Shown piece after piece: positions 9,543-18,612 of a DNA stretch of 64,000 bases. Source of the DNA: Thermoplasmata archaeon (GTDB lineage Archaea > Thermoplasmatota > Thermoplasmata > Lutacidiplasmatales > UBA184); contig JBKQMS010000031.1 of the NCBI GenBank assembly GCA_052326485.1, positions 110,094-174,093 on the forward strand, written 5' to 3'. The stretch's first letter is position 1. The number at the start of each line of letters is the position of its first letter. The notes under the pieces are model-generated. The model was given only the letters and a program-made list of their open reading frames with translations. It was not told the DNA's origin and ran no database searches. The position numbers and the translations under genes were made by a program.

Positions 9543-9812
9543 TCACCCCTGCCGGTCGGCGGCTCGGGCCGTGGCCAAGGAGAGGTGGATCCATCCCAGG
9601 TAGGTGTTGAGAGCGGCCCGCATCGCGCCGGAGTCGCGGGCCGAGATGGTGAGCTCGAGCGAACGCCCGGTCCCGCGGCGCAGGTCAGCGTGAGCTCGCG
9701 GCACCTCGCGGGCCGCCTCGGGGCGGAGGGCTTGCTCGACCCAATCCAGCACCGTAGGGTCCCGCGCGCGGAGATGAACGGAGGCGGTCCACGCGAACGG
9801 GGGTTCCGTCAT
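9543..9812 (-). CDS. pcc1: KEOPS subunit Pcc1-like protein
   Basis: 89-aa product MTEPPFAWTASVHLR...SGAMRAALNTYLGWIHLSL, matching the Pcc1/CTAG fold pattern. Its ATG overlaps the purB stop (ATGA). Adjacency to prefoldin beta is a common archaeal arrangement. Confidence 0.65.
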   Translation of the reverse strand: MTEPPFAWTASVHLRARDPTVLDWVEQALRPEAAREVPRAHADLRRGTGRSLELTISARDSGAMRAALNTYLGWIHLSLATARAADRQG

Positions 9813-11176
9813 CGGGCGAGACGCCGGTCGAGCTCCGAGAGAATCCGGTCGGTCTTGGCCGCCGCCGCGAGGACGTACGTCGACGGGTCGAGGAGGCTTT
9901 CGACCTCCGCCGGCGAAAGGTGGGCACGGACCGCCGGATGCGCCTTGACGCGCTCGACGAGCGTGGGCCCCTTTGTGGCTTCGCTGGTCAGCGTCCTCAG
10001 GAGTTCGTGGGCCGTGGACCGGGCGAGCCCTTTCGAGGTGAGCGCGAGCATCAGGTTCTCGGTCATCGCGCCTCCCCCCGAACGGTCCAGCTCGGCGGCC
10101 ATCCGCGCCGCGTCCACGCGCAGGCCGCGGAAGACCTCGGAGAGCTTCGTCAGGAGATCGTCGGTGAGCACGATGGCGTGGGGCAGCACGATCCGCTCGT
10201 TCGCCGAGTTCGCGAGATCCCGCTCGTGCCACTGGACCATGTTCTCGAGCGGTGGAAGGGCGAAGGCGCGCACGAGCCGCGCGAGGCTCGTGATGTTCTC
10301 GGAGAGCATTGGGTTCCGCTTCTGGGCCATGGTCGAGCTACCGACCTGGTGCGCCTCGTCGAACGGTTCCGCGACCTCGGCGATCTCGGTCCGCTGAAGG
10401 TTCCGGACCTCGGTCGCGAGGCGCTCCGCCGTCGAGGCGATCAGCGCGAGCAAGTTCGTGAACTCGGCGATGCGGTCGCGGCCCACGATCTGCGTGGGGG
10501 CCTCGTCCGCCGAGAGTCCGAGACGCCGCATCACCGAGGACTCGAGATCGGCCGCATGGGCTCCGAAACCGGCTCCGGTGCCGACTGCGCCCGCCATCTT
10601 TCCGACTGCGAGGCGGGGAAGGAGCTCGTTCAGCCGGTCGCGATGGCGGCTCACCTCGGCGGCGGCCACCGCTACCTTGTACCCGAAGCTGATCGGCACT
10701 CCGTGCTGGCCGTGCGTTCGGCCCACCTCAGGCGTGGCCCTATGCGTGCGGGCGAGCTTGACCAACGTCTGGGCGAGTTCCGTGAGGTCGCCGCGGAGGA
10801 TCGCCGCGCTCTCCTTGAGCTCGAGGGCCAGCGCGGTGTCGGTGATGTCCGCGCTGGTGGCACCGAAGTGGACCCACCGGCCGGCCGGTCCGGCGGCCTC
10901 GGCGAGCGCGCGGGTCATCGCCATCACGTCGTGGCGCAGCGAGCGCTCGAGCGTATCGACTCGCTCGAGCGAGACCTGGGAGAGGGTGGCCGCCTTGTCG
11001 ATGGCGGCCGCGGCGTCGGCCGGGACCATGCCCAGTTCCGCTTCGGAGAGCGCGAGCGCGGCTTCCACTCGCAACGCCCGGTTCAGCCGAGTTCCTCGAG
11101 AGAACAACTCGCGGACGGAGTCACGCCCGTACCGGAACTCGAGCGGGCAGAAGAGGGACTCGTCCTCGTCCGGCAC
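9809..11176 (-). CDS. purB: adenylosuccinate lyase
   Basis: Carries the fumarate-lyase signature GSSTMAQKRNP. Length is 455 aa. GTG start. Confidence 0.9.
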   Translation of the reverse strand: MPDEDESLFCPLEFRYGRDSVRELFSRGTRLNRALRVEAALALSEAELGMVPADAAAAIDKAATLSQVSLERVDTLERSLRHDVMAMTRALAEAAGPAGRWVHFGATSADITDTALALELKESAAILRGDLTELAQTLVKLARTHRATPEVGRTHGQHGVPISFGYKVAVAAAEVSRHRDRLNELLPRLAVGKMAGAVGTGAGFGAHAADLESSVMRRLGLSADEAPTQIVGRDRIAEFTNLLALIASTAERLATEVRNLQRTEIAEVAEPFDEAHQVGSSTMAQKRNPMLSENITSLARLVRAFALPPLENMVQWHERDLANSANERIVLPHAIVLTDDLLTKLSEVFRGLRVDAARMAAELDRSGGGAMTENLMLALTSKGLARSTAHELLRTLTSEATKGPTLVERVKAHPAVRAHLSPAEVESLLDPSTYVLAAAAKTDRILSELDRRLAR

Positions 11177-11197
11177 GCCCCGAGACCCGCCGCTGGG

Positions 11198-11203
11198 TAT
11201 ATA
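11198..11203 (-). promoter_or_regulatory. TATA-like element (GGTATATAGCC) upstream of purB
   Basis: An AT-rich hexamer sits 22-27 nt upstream of the purB GTG, in an otherwise GC-rich spacer. Confidence 0.35.
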
Positions 11204-11294
11204 GCCATATTCCGGCCGAACGCCTCGGAGCCCCGTGCAGCGGATTCCACCGTCGAACTATTCATCCCGGACCGGGATGGCCGGGCGAGGTCCA

Positions 11295-12248
11295 ATGGCC
11301 GGGATCCTGGTCGCCCTCGGTGGGAACGCCCTCCACCGAGCCGGGGGACGCGGGTCCTGGGACGAGGCCCGCGGACAGATGCGCCAGGCCGTCGCGGTCC
11401 TCGCGGAGATCGCCTCGGGGGGGGAGGCGCTCGTCCTCTCCCACGGCAACGGTCCCCAGGTGGGCGCGCTCCTCCGACAGAACGAGCTCGCCGCGCGGGA
11501 GATCCCACCCCGACCGATGGACGTCCTCGGGGCGGAGACCCAAGGCCAGATCGGGTATCTCATCCAGACCGAGCTCACGCCCGCCCTCCGTCGCCGCGGG
11601 GTCGACCGTTCCGTGCTGACGGTCATCAGCCGGACAGAGGTGTCGGTCAACGACCCGGCGTTCGACCACCCGTCGAAGCCGGTGGGCCGGTACTACCCCG
11701 AGGATGAGGCTCGCGTCCTCCGAAAGCAGTACGGCTGGGCGATGCAGTACGACGGCGCGCGCGGCGGTTGGCGGCGGATCGTGCCGTCCCCCCGACCGGT
11801 GCGCTGGATCGAGGGCGCGGCCGTCCGGTCGCTCCTCGAGTCGAACGTCGGTTCGAAATGGATCCCGATCGTGGCGGGGGGCGGGGGGATCCCGGTCGTC
11901 CGAAGGCCCGACGGGACGTACGAAGGCGTGGAGGCGGTGATCGACAAGGACCTCGCTGCGTCGCTCGTGGCCCGCGAGCTCGGGGTCCATACCCTCGCAA
12001 TCGTGACGGATGTCCCCGGCGCGGCCGTGTCGTTCGGCAAGCGAGGCGAACGATGGCTCTCCCAGGTGTCGCGCCGAGAGCTCGCCGACTACCTCAAACG
12101 GGGGGAGTTCGGAGAGGGGTCGATGGGTCCCAAGGTCGCCGCGGGGCTCGAGTTCCTCGACGGAGGCGGGCACCGGTTCGTCATCACCGACATCCCGTCG
12201 CTCGCACGAGCGTTACGGGGCGAGGCCGGAACTCGCGTAGAGGCCTAG
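11295..12248 (+). CDS. arcC: carbamate kinase
   Basis: Starts MAGILVALGGNAL and contains SHGNGPQVG, in the amino-acid kinase family. I chose the ATG at 11295 rather than the track start at 11235. Confidence 0.85.
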   Translation: MAGILVALGGNALHRAGGRGSWDEARGQMRQAVAVLAEIASGGEALVLSHGNGPQVGALLRQNELAAREIPPRPMDVLGAETQGQIGYLIQTELTPALRRRGVDRSVLTVISRTEVSVNDPAFDHPSKPVGRYYPEDEARVLRKQYGWAMQYDGARGGWRRIVPSPRPVRWIEGAAVRSLLESNVGSKWIPIVAGGGGIPVVRRPDGTYEGVEAVIDKDLAASLVARELGVHTLAIVTDVPGAAVSFGKRGERWLSQVSRRELADYLKRGEFGEGSMGPKVAAGLEFLDGGGHRFVITDIPSLARALRGEAGTRVEA

Positions 12249-13009
12249 CGCCCGGCCCGCCGCATCGCCCGCACCAGGGAATCCACTCCGCTACCGTACT
12301 GCACCGCCTTCTTCGGCCGGTCGGCAAGCTCCGGGGGAAGACCGCGTTCCATGGCCCACTCCCGGAAGAACCTCTTCGGCAGGTCCCGGGGTAGGCGGAG
12401 GTCGATGGGGATGAGACGCGCATTCTCCTCGAAGGTCCGGTAGAGATAGGGCGCCACGATCTCCTTGCCGGCCTTCTCCGCGATCCGCTGCGTTCTCGGC
12501 CAGTCGATCTTGTGGAGCCGGGAGAGGTCGTCGCGAGAGCGCCGCTCCGCTTCCGCCTCGCCGAGGAGGCGGTAGTGCGCGTATCCCAGGAAGAGCTCGT
12601 CGACCCCCTGGCCGCAGACCAGTCGAGGCGGCGAGGCCTCATCGATCGCGATCGCGAGCGTGAGGAGGACGGTCCGGGAGACCGGCGGGATCCCCTCGAG
12701 CTCCTCCCCGAACCGGGCCTCGGCGGTCCTGACCTCCTCCATTCCGACGTGAAGGCTCTGCCACGGCAAACCCAGCCGCTCCGCCGCCGCGCGACCGGCG
12801 CGGAGGTCGGGACTCCCTTCCCGTCCGAGCGTGCACAGCACCACCTGGGGCTGAAGTCGCAGCTCCCACGCCAGCAGGGCGGAGTCCACGCCTCCTGAGA
12901 AGAGGATCCCGATCGGACCTTGAGCGGCCCGAACCGGGCCGAGGGCCTCTTCGAAAGCCGAGCTCAGCTGCTCCCGGAGCTTCCCCACAGCCGCTGGGAC
13001 CGGTCCCAT
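12245..13009 (-). CDS. stand-alone asparagine-synthase-C-terminal-like PP-loop ATP pyrophosphatase
   Basis: Has the PP-loop ILFSGGVDSALLA and a GQGVDELFLGY motif like that of the AsnB synthetase domain. There is no glutaminase domain. Confidence 0.7.
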   Translation of the reverse strand: MGPVPAAVGKLREQLSSAFEEALGPVRAAQGPIGILFSGGVDSALLAWELRLQPQVVLCTLGREGSPDLRAGRAAAERLGLPWQSLHVGMEEVRTAEARFGEELEGIPPVSRTVLLTLAIAIDEASPPRLVCGQGVDELFLGYAHYRLLGEAEAERRSRDDLSRLHKIDWPRTQRIAEKAGKEIVAPYLYRTFEENARLIPIDLRLPRDLPKRFFREWAMERGLPPELADRPKKAVQYGSGVDSLVRAMRRAGR

Positions 13010-13033
13010 CGCCCGGGCTGACAGAACCCGAGG

Positions 13034-13657
13034 ATGAACCCTTATCCCGTCCCGGCGTTGGTCGGGCCGATGGCAGGGATCGAGCCGAAAGCTCCCTCAC
13101 CCCGCCCTCTCCGCCGGGCCCTGTTCGTCGACCGTGACGGTACTCTCAACCCCGACCTCCACTACCTGAAGAGGGCGGAGCGGCTCGAGCTGTTCCGAGG
13201 CGTCGGCGACGCCCTGTCGCTCGCCCACGACCACGGCTACCTCGTGATCTGCGTGACCAACCAGTCGGGGGTCGAGCGGGGCTTCTATAGCCGGGCGGAC
13301 GTCGAGCGGATCCACGAACGGTTGAACGAGCTCCTTCGTCCCCACCGAGCCCGCGTGGACGGCTTCTACTACTGCCCGCACGCCCCCGAGACCCGATGCG
13401 AGTGCCGAAAGCCGGGCACGCTCCTGTTCCGCCAAGCTCGCGACGATTGGAACATCGACATGGCCACGAGCGCCATCGTCGGGGACCGGGACCTGGACAT
13501 GGAAGCCGGAACCGAGCTCGGCCTGCTCACCGCGGCCGTGGCCACGCCCGGTCACGAAGGGGACCTATCCTTCCGCCAGCTTCGCGACCGCGGGGTGGTC
13601 GACCTGACCGCCGGATCGTTCTCGAACGCGGTCCTGCGGATCCTATCCCGCGGCTGA
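13034..13657 (+). CDS. HAD-IIIA phosphatase (GmhB / histidinol-phosphatase family)
   Basis: Contains FVDRDGTLN (DxDxT) and the Zn-binding motif CPHAPETRCECRKP. The alternative start at 13070 (MAGIEPK) may be the true one, because the divergent spacer would otherwise be only 24 nt. Confidence 0.75.
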   Translation: MNPYPVPALVGPMAGIEPKAPSPRPLRRALFVDRDGTLNPDLHYLKRAERLELFRGVGDALSLAHDHGYLVICVTNQSGVERGFYSRADVERIHERLNELLRPHRARVDGFYYCPHAPETRCECRKPGTLLFRQARDDWNIDMATSAIVGDRDLDMEAGTELGLLTAAVATPGHEGDLSFRQLRDRGVVDLTAGSFSNAVLRILSRG

Positions 13658-13731
13658 CCCGGGTCTCGCTCCGGCCTTCTCCCTGAAGGCGTTATACCCA
13701 TCACCTGCTGCCGCCCGCGGGAGACCCACCG

Positions 13732-14490
13732 GTGCTGCTCGGGACGCCCGCGATCATCGGGATCGTCGCCACGCTCGTGATGGCCCTCGGGGCGATCCTG
13801 GGCCGGGCGTTGACGCCCCGCGGGGGCGCGGTCGCGGCCGTCTTCGGCATCGTGATCGTCGTCTTCGCCGGCTTCGCGTTCCTCGCGCTCCTCGCCCTGT
13901 TCGTGACCGCCAGCTCGTTCGCGACCCGGTACCGGTTCGCGGACAAGCAACGTCAGCACGTTCAGGAGGGGCGGGCCGGCGAGCGGGGTGTGTCGAACGT
14001 GGTCGCCCACATCATCATCCCGACCGGGCTCGCGGTCGCGGGCGGGATCCCGTCACCGCTTCTCACCCCAGCCACGACCGCCCTCTTGTTCGCGAGCGCC
14101 CTCGCGTTCGGCGCGGCCGACACGCTGGCGAGCGAGTTCGGTGTCCTCTCGGGCCGGGCGCAGAGCATCCTCTCCGGGCGACCGGTCCCTCCCGGCACGA
14201 ACGGGGGTGTGTCGCGAACCGGGCAGTTCGCTGCCTTGGCCGCTTCGGTGACGACCGCGCTCGTCGGCCTCGGCCTCTTCTGGGCCTTAGGGACGCCCCT
14301 GCCCGGCTGGGTCCTGTTCCTCGTGACCGTCACGGCGGCCGGGTTCCTCGGGTGCCAGGTCGATTCGGTCCTCGGGGAGCTCTTCGAGAACCGGGGGATC
14401 CTCACGAAGGGCGCCACGAACTTCCTCGGCATGCTGAGCGCCGTGGCCGTCGCGACCGCTGTCCTGTTCCTCGCGGGGGCGACCCTGTGA
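13732..14490 (+). CDS. DUF92/TIGR00297-family integral membrane protein (putative prenol-type kinase family)
   Basis: Polytopic protein with the GERGVSNVVAH and GGVSRTG motifs characteristic of DUF92 (TMEM19/VTE6-like). GTG start. Confidence 0.6.
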   Translation: MLLGTPAIIGIVATLVMALGAILGRALTPRGGAVAAVFGIVIVVFAGFAFLALLALFVTASSFATRYRFADKQRQHVQEGRAGERGVSNVVAHIIIPTGLAVAGGIPSPLLTPATTALLFASALAFGAADTLASEFGVLSGRAQSILSGRPVPPGTNGGVSRTGQFAALAASVTTALVGLGLFWALGTPLPGWVLFLVTVTAAGFLGCQVDSVLGELFENRGILTKGATNFLGMLSAVAVATAVLFLAGATL

Positions 14491-15185
14491 CGCGCAGGTC
14501 GAGGCGACCGAACGGGAGCGTCGTGCTCCTCTCCGGGGGCATGGACTCGGCGACCTGTCTTGCCATCGCGACGCGCCGCCATCCACCGGTCCACGCCCTG
14601 ACGGTCCTCTACGGGCAGCGGCACGCGCGCGAGGCTCGCTCCGCTCGCGCGCTGGCCCGGCGCTACCACGTCGCCCGCCACACCGTCCTCCGAATTCCAC
14701 TTGCCCCGCTCCTCGCCTCCGCGCTGACCGATGCGCACCGTTCCCTCCCGAGGGGTCGCCATCGCGCCGACCGGATCCCCTCCACCTACGTTCCCGCCCG
14801 GAACACGATCCTCCTTTCGATCGCGCTCGGGTATGCCGAGAGCCATGGTCTCGGGACGATCTACATCGGGGCCAACGCCATCGACTACTCGGGATACCCG
14901 GACTGCCGACCGGAGTACCTGCGTGCGTTTGAGCGTCTCGCGCGCCTCGCGACGAAGGCCGGCGTCGAGAAGGGGGAGCACGTCCGGATCGAGGCCCCGC
15001 TCCTGCGCTGCTCCAAGGCCGAGATCGTCCGACTGGGAGAGCGTCTGGGCGTGCCCTGGGTGCTGACCTGGAGCTGCTACGCCGGCAAGCGGCGGGCGTG
15101 CGGACGATGCGACGCCTGCCGCCTGCGCGCCCTTGGCTTTTCGGTCGCGGGAGTCCGCGACCCCGGGAACCGCGCCGCGAACTAG
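14487..15185 (+). CDS. queC: 7-cyano-7-deazaguanine synthase
   Basis: Has the PP-loop VVLLSGGMDSATC and the C-terminal Zn cluster CGRCDACRLR. The GTG start overlaps the upstream stop (GTGA). Confidence 0.85.
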   Translation: MTRRSRRPNGSVVLLSGGMDSATCLAIATRRHPPVHALTVLYGQRHAREARSARALARRYHVARHTVLRIPLAPLLASALTDAHRSLPRGRHRADRIPSTYVPARNTILLSIALGYAESHGLGTIYIGANAIDYSGYPDCRPEYLRAFERLARLATKAGVEKGEHVRIEAPLLRCSKAEIVRLGERLGVPWVLTWSCYAGKRRACGRCDACRLRALGFSVAGVRDPGNRAAN

Positions 15186-15195
15186 CCGACCCCGT

Positions 15196-15618
15196 TCACG
15201 CGGAGACCGGCGTGACCGTCGACGTGCAGAATCCGCAGCGCGTCGCCTTCACGGGGATTTGGTTGCAGCAGGCCGGGCACTCCCGGGTCGTTGGGGCGGC
15301 TTTCGCTGCCCGAGCGGCCTTTCGATCCTGAGAGAGCTGGTACGGGTAGGCGATTAGGAAGAACACGACCACCATCAGGACGAGGAACGTGATGATCGCG
15401 CCGAGGAACGCACCGCCCAATAGCGGGCTTCCGTTGATCGTCAGAACGCCGATTGAGCTGAAATTCACGTGTCCGGCGGCGCCGATCAGCGGGTTGATGA
15501 TGTCGGCAACCAACGCGCCGATCAGGTTCACGATCGCCAAGCCGACAACAAAGGCCACGGCCATCGAGATCAGACTCCCCGAGATCAAGAACTTCTTGAA
15601 GTCCTCGTAGACTCCCAT
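15196..15618 (-). CDS. mscL: large-conductance mechanosensitive channel MscL with C-terminal zinc-ribbon
   Basis: The N-terminus FKKFLISGSLISMAVAFVVG...INPLIG is MscL-like with two TM helices. The C-terminus carries CPACCNQIPVKATRCGFC. Confidence 0.75.
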   Translation of the reverse strand: MGVYEDFKKFLISGSLISMAVAFVVGLAIVNLIGALVADIINPLIGAAGHVNFSSIGVLTINGSPLLGGAFLGAIITFLVLMVVVFFLIAYPYQLSQDRKAARAAKAAPTTRECPACCNQIPVKATRCGFCTSTVTPVSA

Positions 15619-15729
15619 CGTCCGTCCTCGGCGGAGGGAGTTCGGACGTTCCTAAAGAAGGTATCCGACCCCGAGGCTCCGAGGGTCTGAAGGCCTACGA
15701 CGAGTCGAGCCCGGGGCGGTCGCGGTCGG

Positions 15730-17526
15730 TCACATCGCATCGAGGGGAACGATGCCGAGGAGGTCGAGGGCGTTCCCGAGCGTCTGCCGCACCGCCGCCA
15801 CCAGCGCGATTCGGCTGGCCCGCTCCTCGGTCGACCGGAGGACCGGGACCGCGTGGTAGAAGCGGTTGAACTGGTCCGCGACCTCGTGCGCGTAGCCGGC
15901 GACGGCGTGTACGTGGGCCGTGCGGGCGGCGTAGGCGACCGTGCGTGGGAACCGGGAGAGGATTCGGATGAGCGTCGCCTCCTCCGGATGCACGAGGCGG
16001 ACGGCGTCGAACGGATACGGGGGCTGTAGGGCCTCTCCTTTCCGGAGCACACCCGAGGCGCGGGCGTACGAGTACTGGAGGAACGGGCCGCTCCGACCTT
16101 CGAACGAGAGCGCGTCCTCCCACCGGAAGACGACCGGCTTGTCGGGGGCCGCGCGGATGATGTGATAGCGGACCGCCCCCGTCGCGACCGCCTCGGCGAT
16201 CCGCTCGACGTCGGCGTCGGCGAGGTCCTCCCGACGGGCGAGGACCTCCGCCCGCGCTCGGTCGACCGCTTCGGCGAGGAGCTGGTCGAGCCAGACCGCG
16301 GACCCTCCCCGCGTGGACATGCGGCCCCCCTCCGGGACGGTGATGTCCTGGTAGATCACGAACTCGGGCCGCCGAGACTCTCCGATCTCCTCGAGGAGCG
16401 CGTTCAGGCACCGGGCGTGGAGCTGATGGTCCTGGCCGAGGACGTCGATGATGCGGGCGAACCGCGCGAACCTCGCGAGGTGGAAGGCGACGTCCCGCGT
16501 GATGTAGAGGCTCGTTCCGTTCCCGCGCTGGAAGACGAGGTGCGTGGACTCCTTGGGAAGCCCGTGGGAGCTCGCGTCGATCGCCCACGCCCCGTTCGGC
16601 TCCTGGATCGCGTGGGGGCAGGCCCGAAGCCGTTCGAACACCCGGTTGACGGAGCCGTCCCGGACGAGGTCCGACTCCCACACGAACTCGTCGAACGTGA
16701 TCCGCAGGCGGGCGAGGGATTCGAGCATCCCCTTCAGGATCGTCTCGGCGAGCGCCCGGTGCTCAGCCGGGACCTCCCCACTCTCGAGCTGCTGGACGAG
16801 GCGGACCACTTCCTCTCGGGCGTCCTCGTGTTCCTTGAGATAGGCGCTGACGGCCGGATACGGTCGACCCCGGTGAAGGTCGGGCTTCTCCCCCGGTACC
16901 TCCTCCCCGTCGACGGCCTTCCGGATCGTCTCGGGCCAGCTCTCCCGGGGCTTCGACCAGATCCAGGTGATCATCGCCGCCTGGCGGCCCATGTCATCGA
17001 CGTAATACTGGGTGGTCACCGGCGTGCCCGCTGCCCGCAGGATCCGCGCCAGCGTGTCCCCGATGATCCCGTTGCGGACCCGACCGATGTGGAACGGGCC
17101 GGTCGGGTTCGCGCTCGTGTGCTCGACGACCACGGGGGGTCCGACGGGCTCGCCATGACCGTAGCGGTTACCGCGGGAGAGCGCGAGCTCGAGGGTCGCG
17201 CGCGCCAGCGACTCGCCGTCGACACGAACGTTGACGTAGGCGCCCTTGGAGGAGACGGACCGGACGAGCGGGGACGGCGGGAACGCCGCGGCCAGGGCGG
17301 ATGCCAGCTCGTCGGGCGGGCGCTTCGCGGCCTGGGCGGACCGATGGCACGGGAAGGCGACCTCGCCCTCGGTTCCCTCGTCGAGGCTGAGCTGCGAGGA
17401 GATTGCTTCCCTCGAGAGCGCGACCCCGCAAGCCCGCGCGGCCGCGGACATCCCCTCGAGGATCGCCTCGAGGAACGGAGTCCAGGGGTCCACGGAGGAT
17501 GACGGGAGGGAATCTGACGACGCCAC
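15730..17526 (-). CDS. argS: arginine--tRNA ligase
   Basis: Has the class I HIGH-type motif PTGPFHIGRVRN, an MSTRGG (KMSKS-like) motif and a C-terminal DALR anticodon-binding region. Confidence 0.9.
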   Translation of the reverse strand: MASSDSLPSSSVDPWTPFLEAILEGMSAAARACGVALSREAISSQLSLDEGTEGEVAFPCHRSAQAAKRPPDELASALAAAFPPSPLVRSVSSKGAYVNVRVDGESLARATLELALSRGNRYGHGEPVGPPVVVEHTSANPTGPFHIGRVRNGIIGDTLARILRAAGTPVTTQYYVDDMGRQAAMITWIWSKPRESWPETIRKAVDGEEVPGEKPDLHRGRPYPAVSAYLKEHEDAREEVVRLVQQLESGEVPAEHRALAETILKGMLESLARLRITFDEFVWESDLVRDGSVNRVFERLRACPHAIQEPNGAWAIDASSHGLPKESTHLVFQRGNGTSLYITRDVAFHLARFARFARIIDVLGQDHQLHARCLNALLEEIGESRRPEFVIYQDITVPEGGRMSTRGGSAVWLDQLLAEAVDRARAEVLARREDLADADVERIAEAVATGAVRYHIIRAAPDKPVVFRWEDALSFEGRSGPFLQYSYARASGVLRKGEALQPPYPFDAVRLVHPEEATLIRILSRFPRTVAYAARTAHVHAVAGYAHEVADQFNRFYHAVPVLRSTEERASRIALVAAVRQTLGNALDLLGIVPLDAM

Positions 17527-17579
17527 GAACCCACCCGCTCGAGAAGCGCTTTAGCGGTCCCTTCGTCTTAACCTTCGCG

Positions 17580-18479
17580 ATGGTCGCGCTGCTCCTGGTC
17601 CGGTACGGGGAGCTCGCGCTCAAGTCGCCACCCGTGCGGCGCGAGTTCGAGAGCGCGCTGCGCCGCAACCTCCTGGACCAGTTCTTCCGCGAGGGCCTTC
17701 CCGCCCGCCTTCGTTCCGACCGCGGGCACTTCTACGTGGAGACCGACGACGGAGAGCGCGGCACGAACCTCGTTCGCCGGGTCTTCGGCGTCACCTCGGT
17801 CAGCCGGGTCGAGGAGGTCCCGAGCGACCCCGCCGCCATCCGAACCCGCCTCCTCGAGCTGGCGGCGCCCCGGCTCGCTACGGGCGTCAGCTTTGCCGTT
17901 CGCGCGCGCCGAACGGGGCAGCACGCGTTCACAAGCCAGGAGCTCGCCGGGGACCTCGGCGCGGCCGTGCTCGAGGAATTCGCTGACCGTGCCCTCACGG
18001 TGGACCTCGAGCGACCGACGGTGGAGTTGTTCGTCGAGGTTCGAGGACCGCGAACCTACCTCTCCTTCGACCGGTCCCCCGGTCCGGGCGGGCTTCCGCT
18101 GGGGGTCGCGGGCCGGCTGGTCGCCCTCGTCGACGGTCCTCGAGGGGCCCTCGGGGCGTTCTTCATGATGAAGCGGGGCTGCCGGGTCGCGTTGGTCACC
18201 CTCCCGGCGGGAGAGCCGTTCGTCCGCGAGACCCTCGCCCGTTTCGACCCGGCCGCCCGGGTCGCACCGGCGGCCCCCGGGGCGGAGGCGTGGGCACCCG
18301 CCATCGCGACGCTCGCGGAAGAGGTGAACGCCGACGGGGTCGTTCTTCCGATCGCGGTCGAAGAGTACTCCCGGTTCTGGTCGCAGTGGGGGAACCGGGT
18401 CTTATTCTCCCCCACGGTGGGCTTGAGCGACGAGGAGGTGGACGAACGGTGGAAGAGCGTAGTAGCCCTCGTCTCGTGA
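17580..18479 (+). CDS. ThiI-like THUMP-domain protein with degenerate PP-loop
   Basis: Starts MVALLLVRYGELALKSPPVRREFE (ThiI N-terminal ferredoxin-like/THUMP). The position of SGGxDS reads VDGPRG. I chose the ATG at 17580 to avoid overlap with argS. Confidence 0.7.
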   Translation: MVALLLVRYGELALKSPPVRREFESALRRNLLDQFFREGLPARLRSDRGHFYVETDDGERGTNLVRRVFGVTSVSRVEEVPSDPAAIRTRLLELAAPRLATGVSFAVRARRTGQHAFTSQELAGDLGAAVLEEFADRALTVDLERPTVELFVEVRGPRTYLSFDRSPGPGGLPLGVAGRLVALVDGPRGALGAFFMMKRGCRVALVTLPAGEPFVRETLARFDPAARVAPAAPGAEAWAPAIATLAEEVNADGVVLPIAVEEYSRFWSQWGNRVLFSPTVGLSDEEVDERWKSVVALVS

Positions 18480-18511
18480 CCCAACGCCAGTTCGAGGTCG
18501 AACCGGCACGG

Positions 18512-18612
18512 CCCCCTTCTTCCCCAGCCTCCTCCCCCGTCTCCTCCCCGGTCGCCTCCCCCGTCCCCCCGCCCACGCGCGAACCCGCGACCCAGACCCC
18601 ACCCGCCCTCCC
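18512..18612. repeat. C-tract-rich segment (G-quadruplex motifs on minus strand)
   Basis: About 13 runs of C3-C6 occur within 100 nt. They include 18597-18612, which on the minus strand reads GGGAGGGCGGGTGGGG. Confidence 0.7.

Noticed and set aside
9920-11707. Long antisense or alternative-frame ORFs of 300-600 aa. Examples: 9920-11707 +, 2877-3926 -, 15695-16681 -, 16162-17502 +, 19171-20529 -, 29422-30819 +, 36901-38067 -, 55519-56808 -, 62061-63893 -.
   Set aside because: All overlap motif-supported genes. They have extreme Arg/Pro/Gly/Ala composition, lack any recognisable motif, and are expected from stop-codon scarcity in GC-rich DNA.
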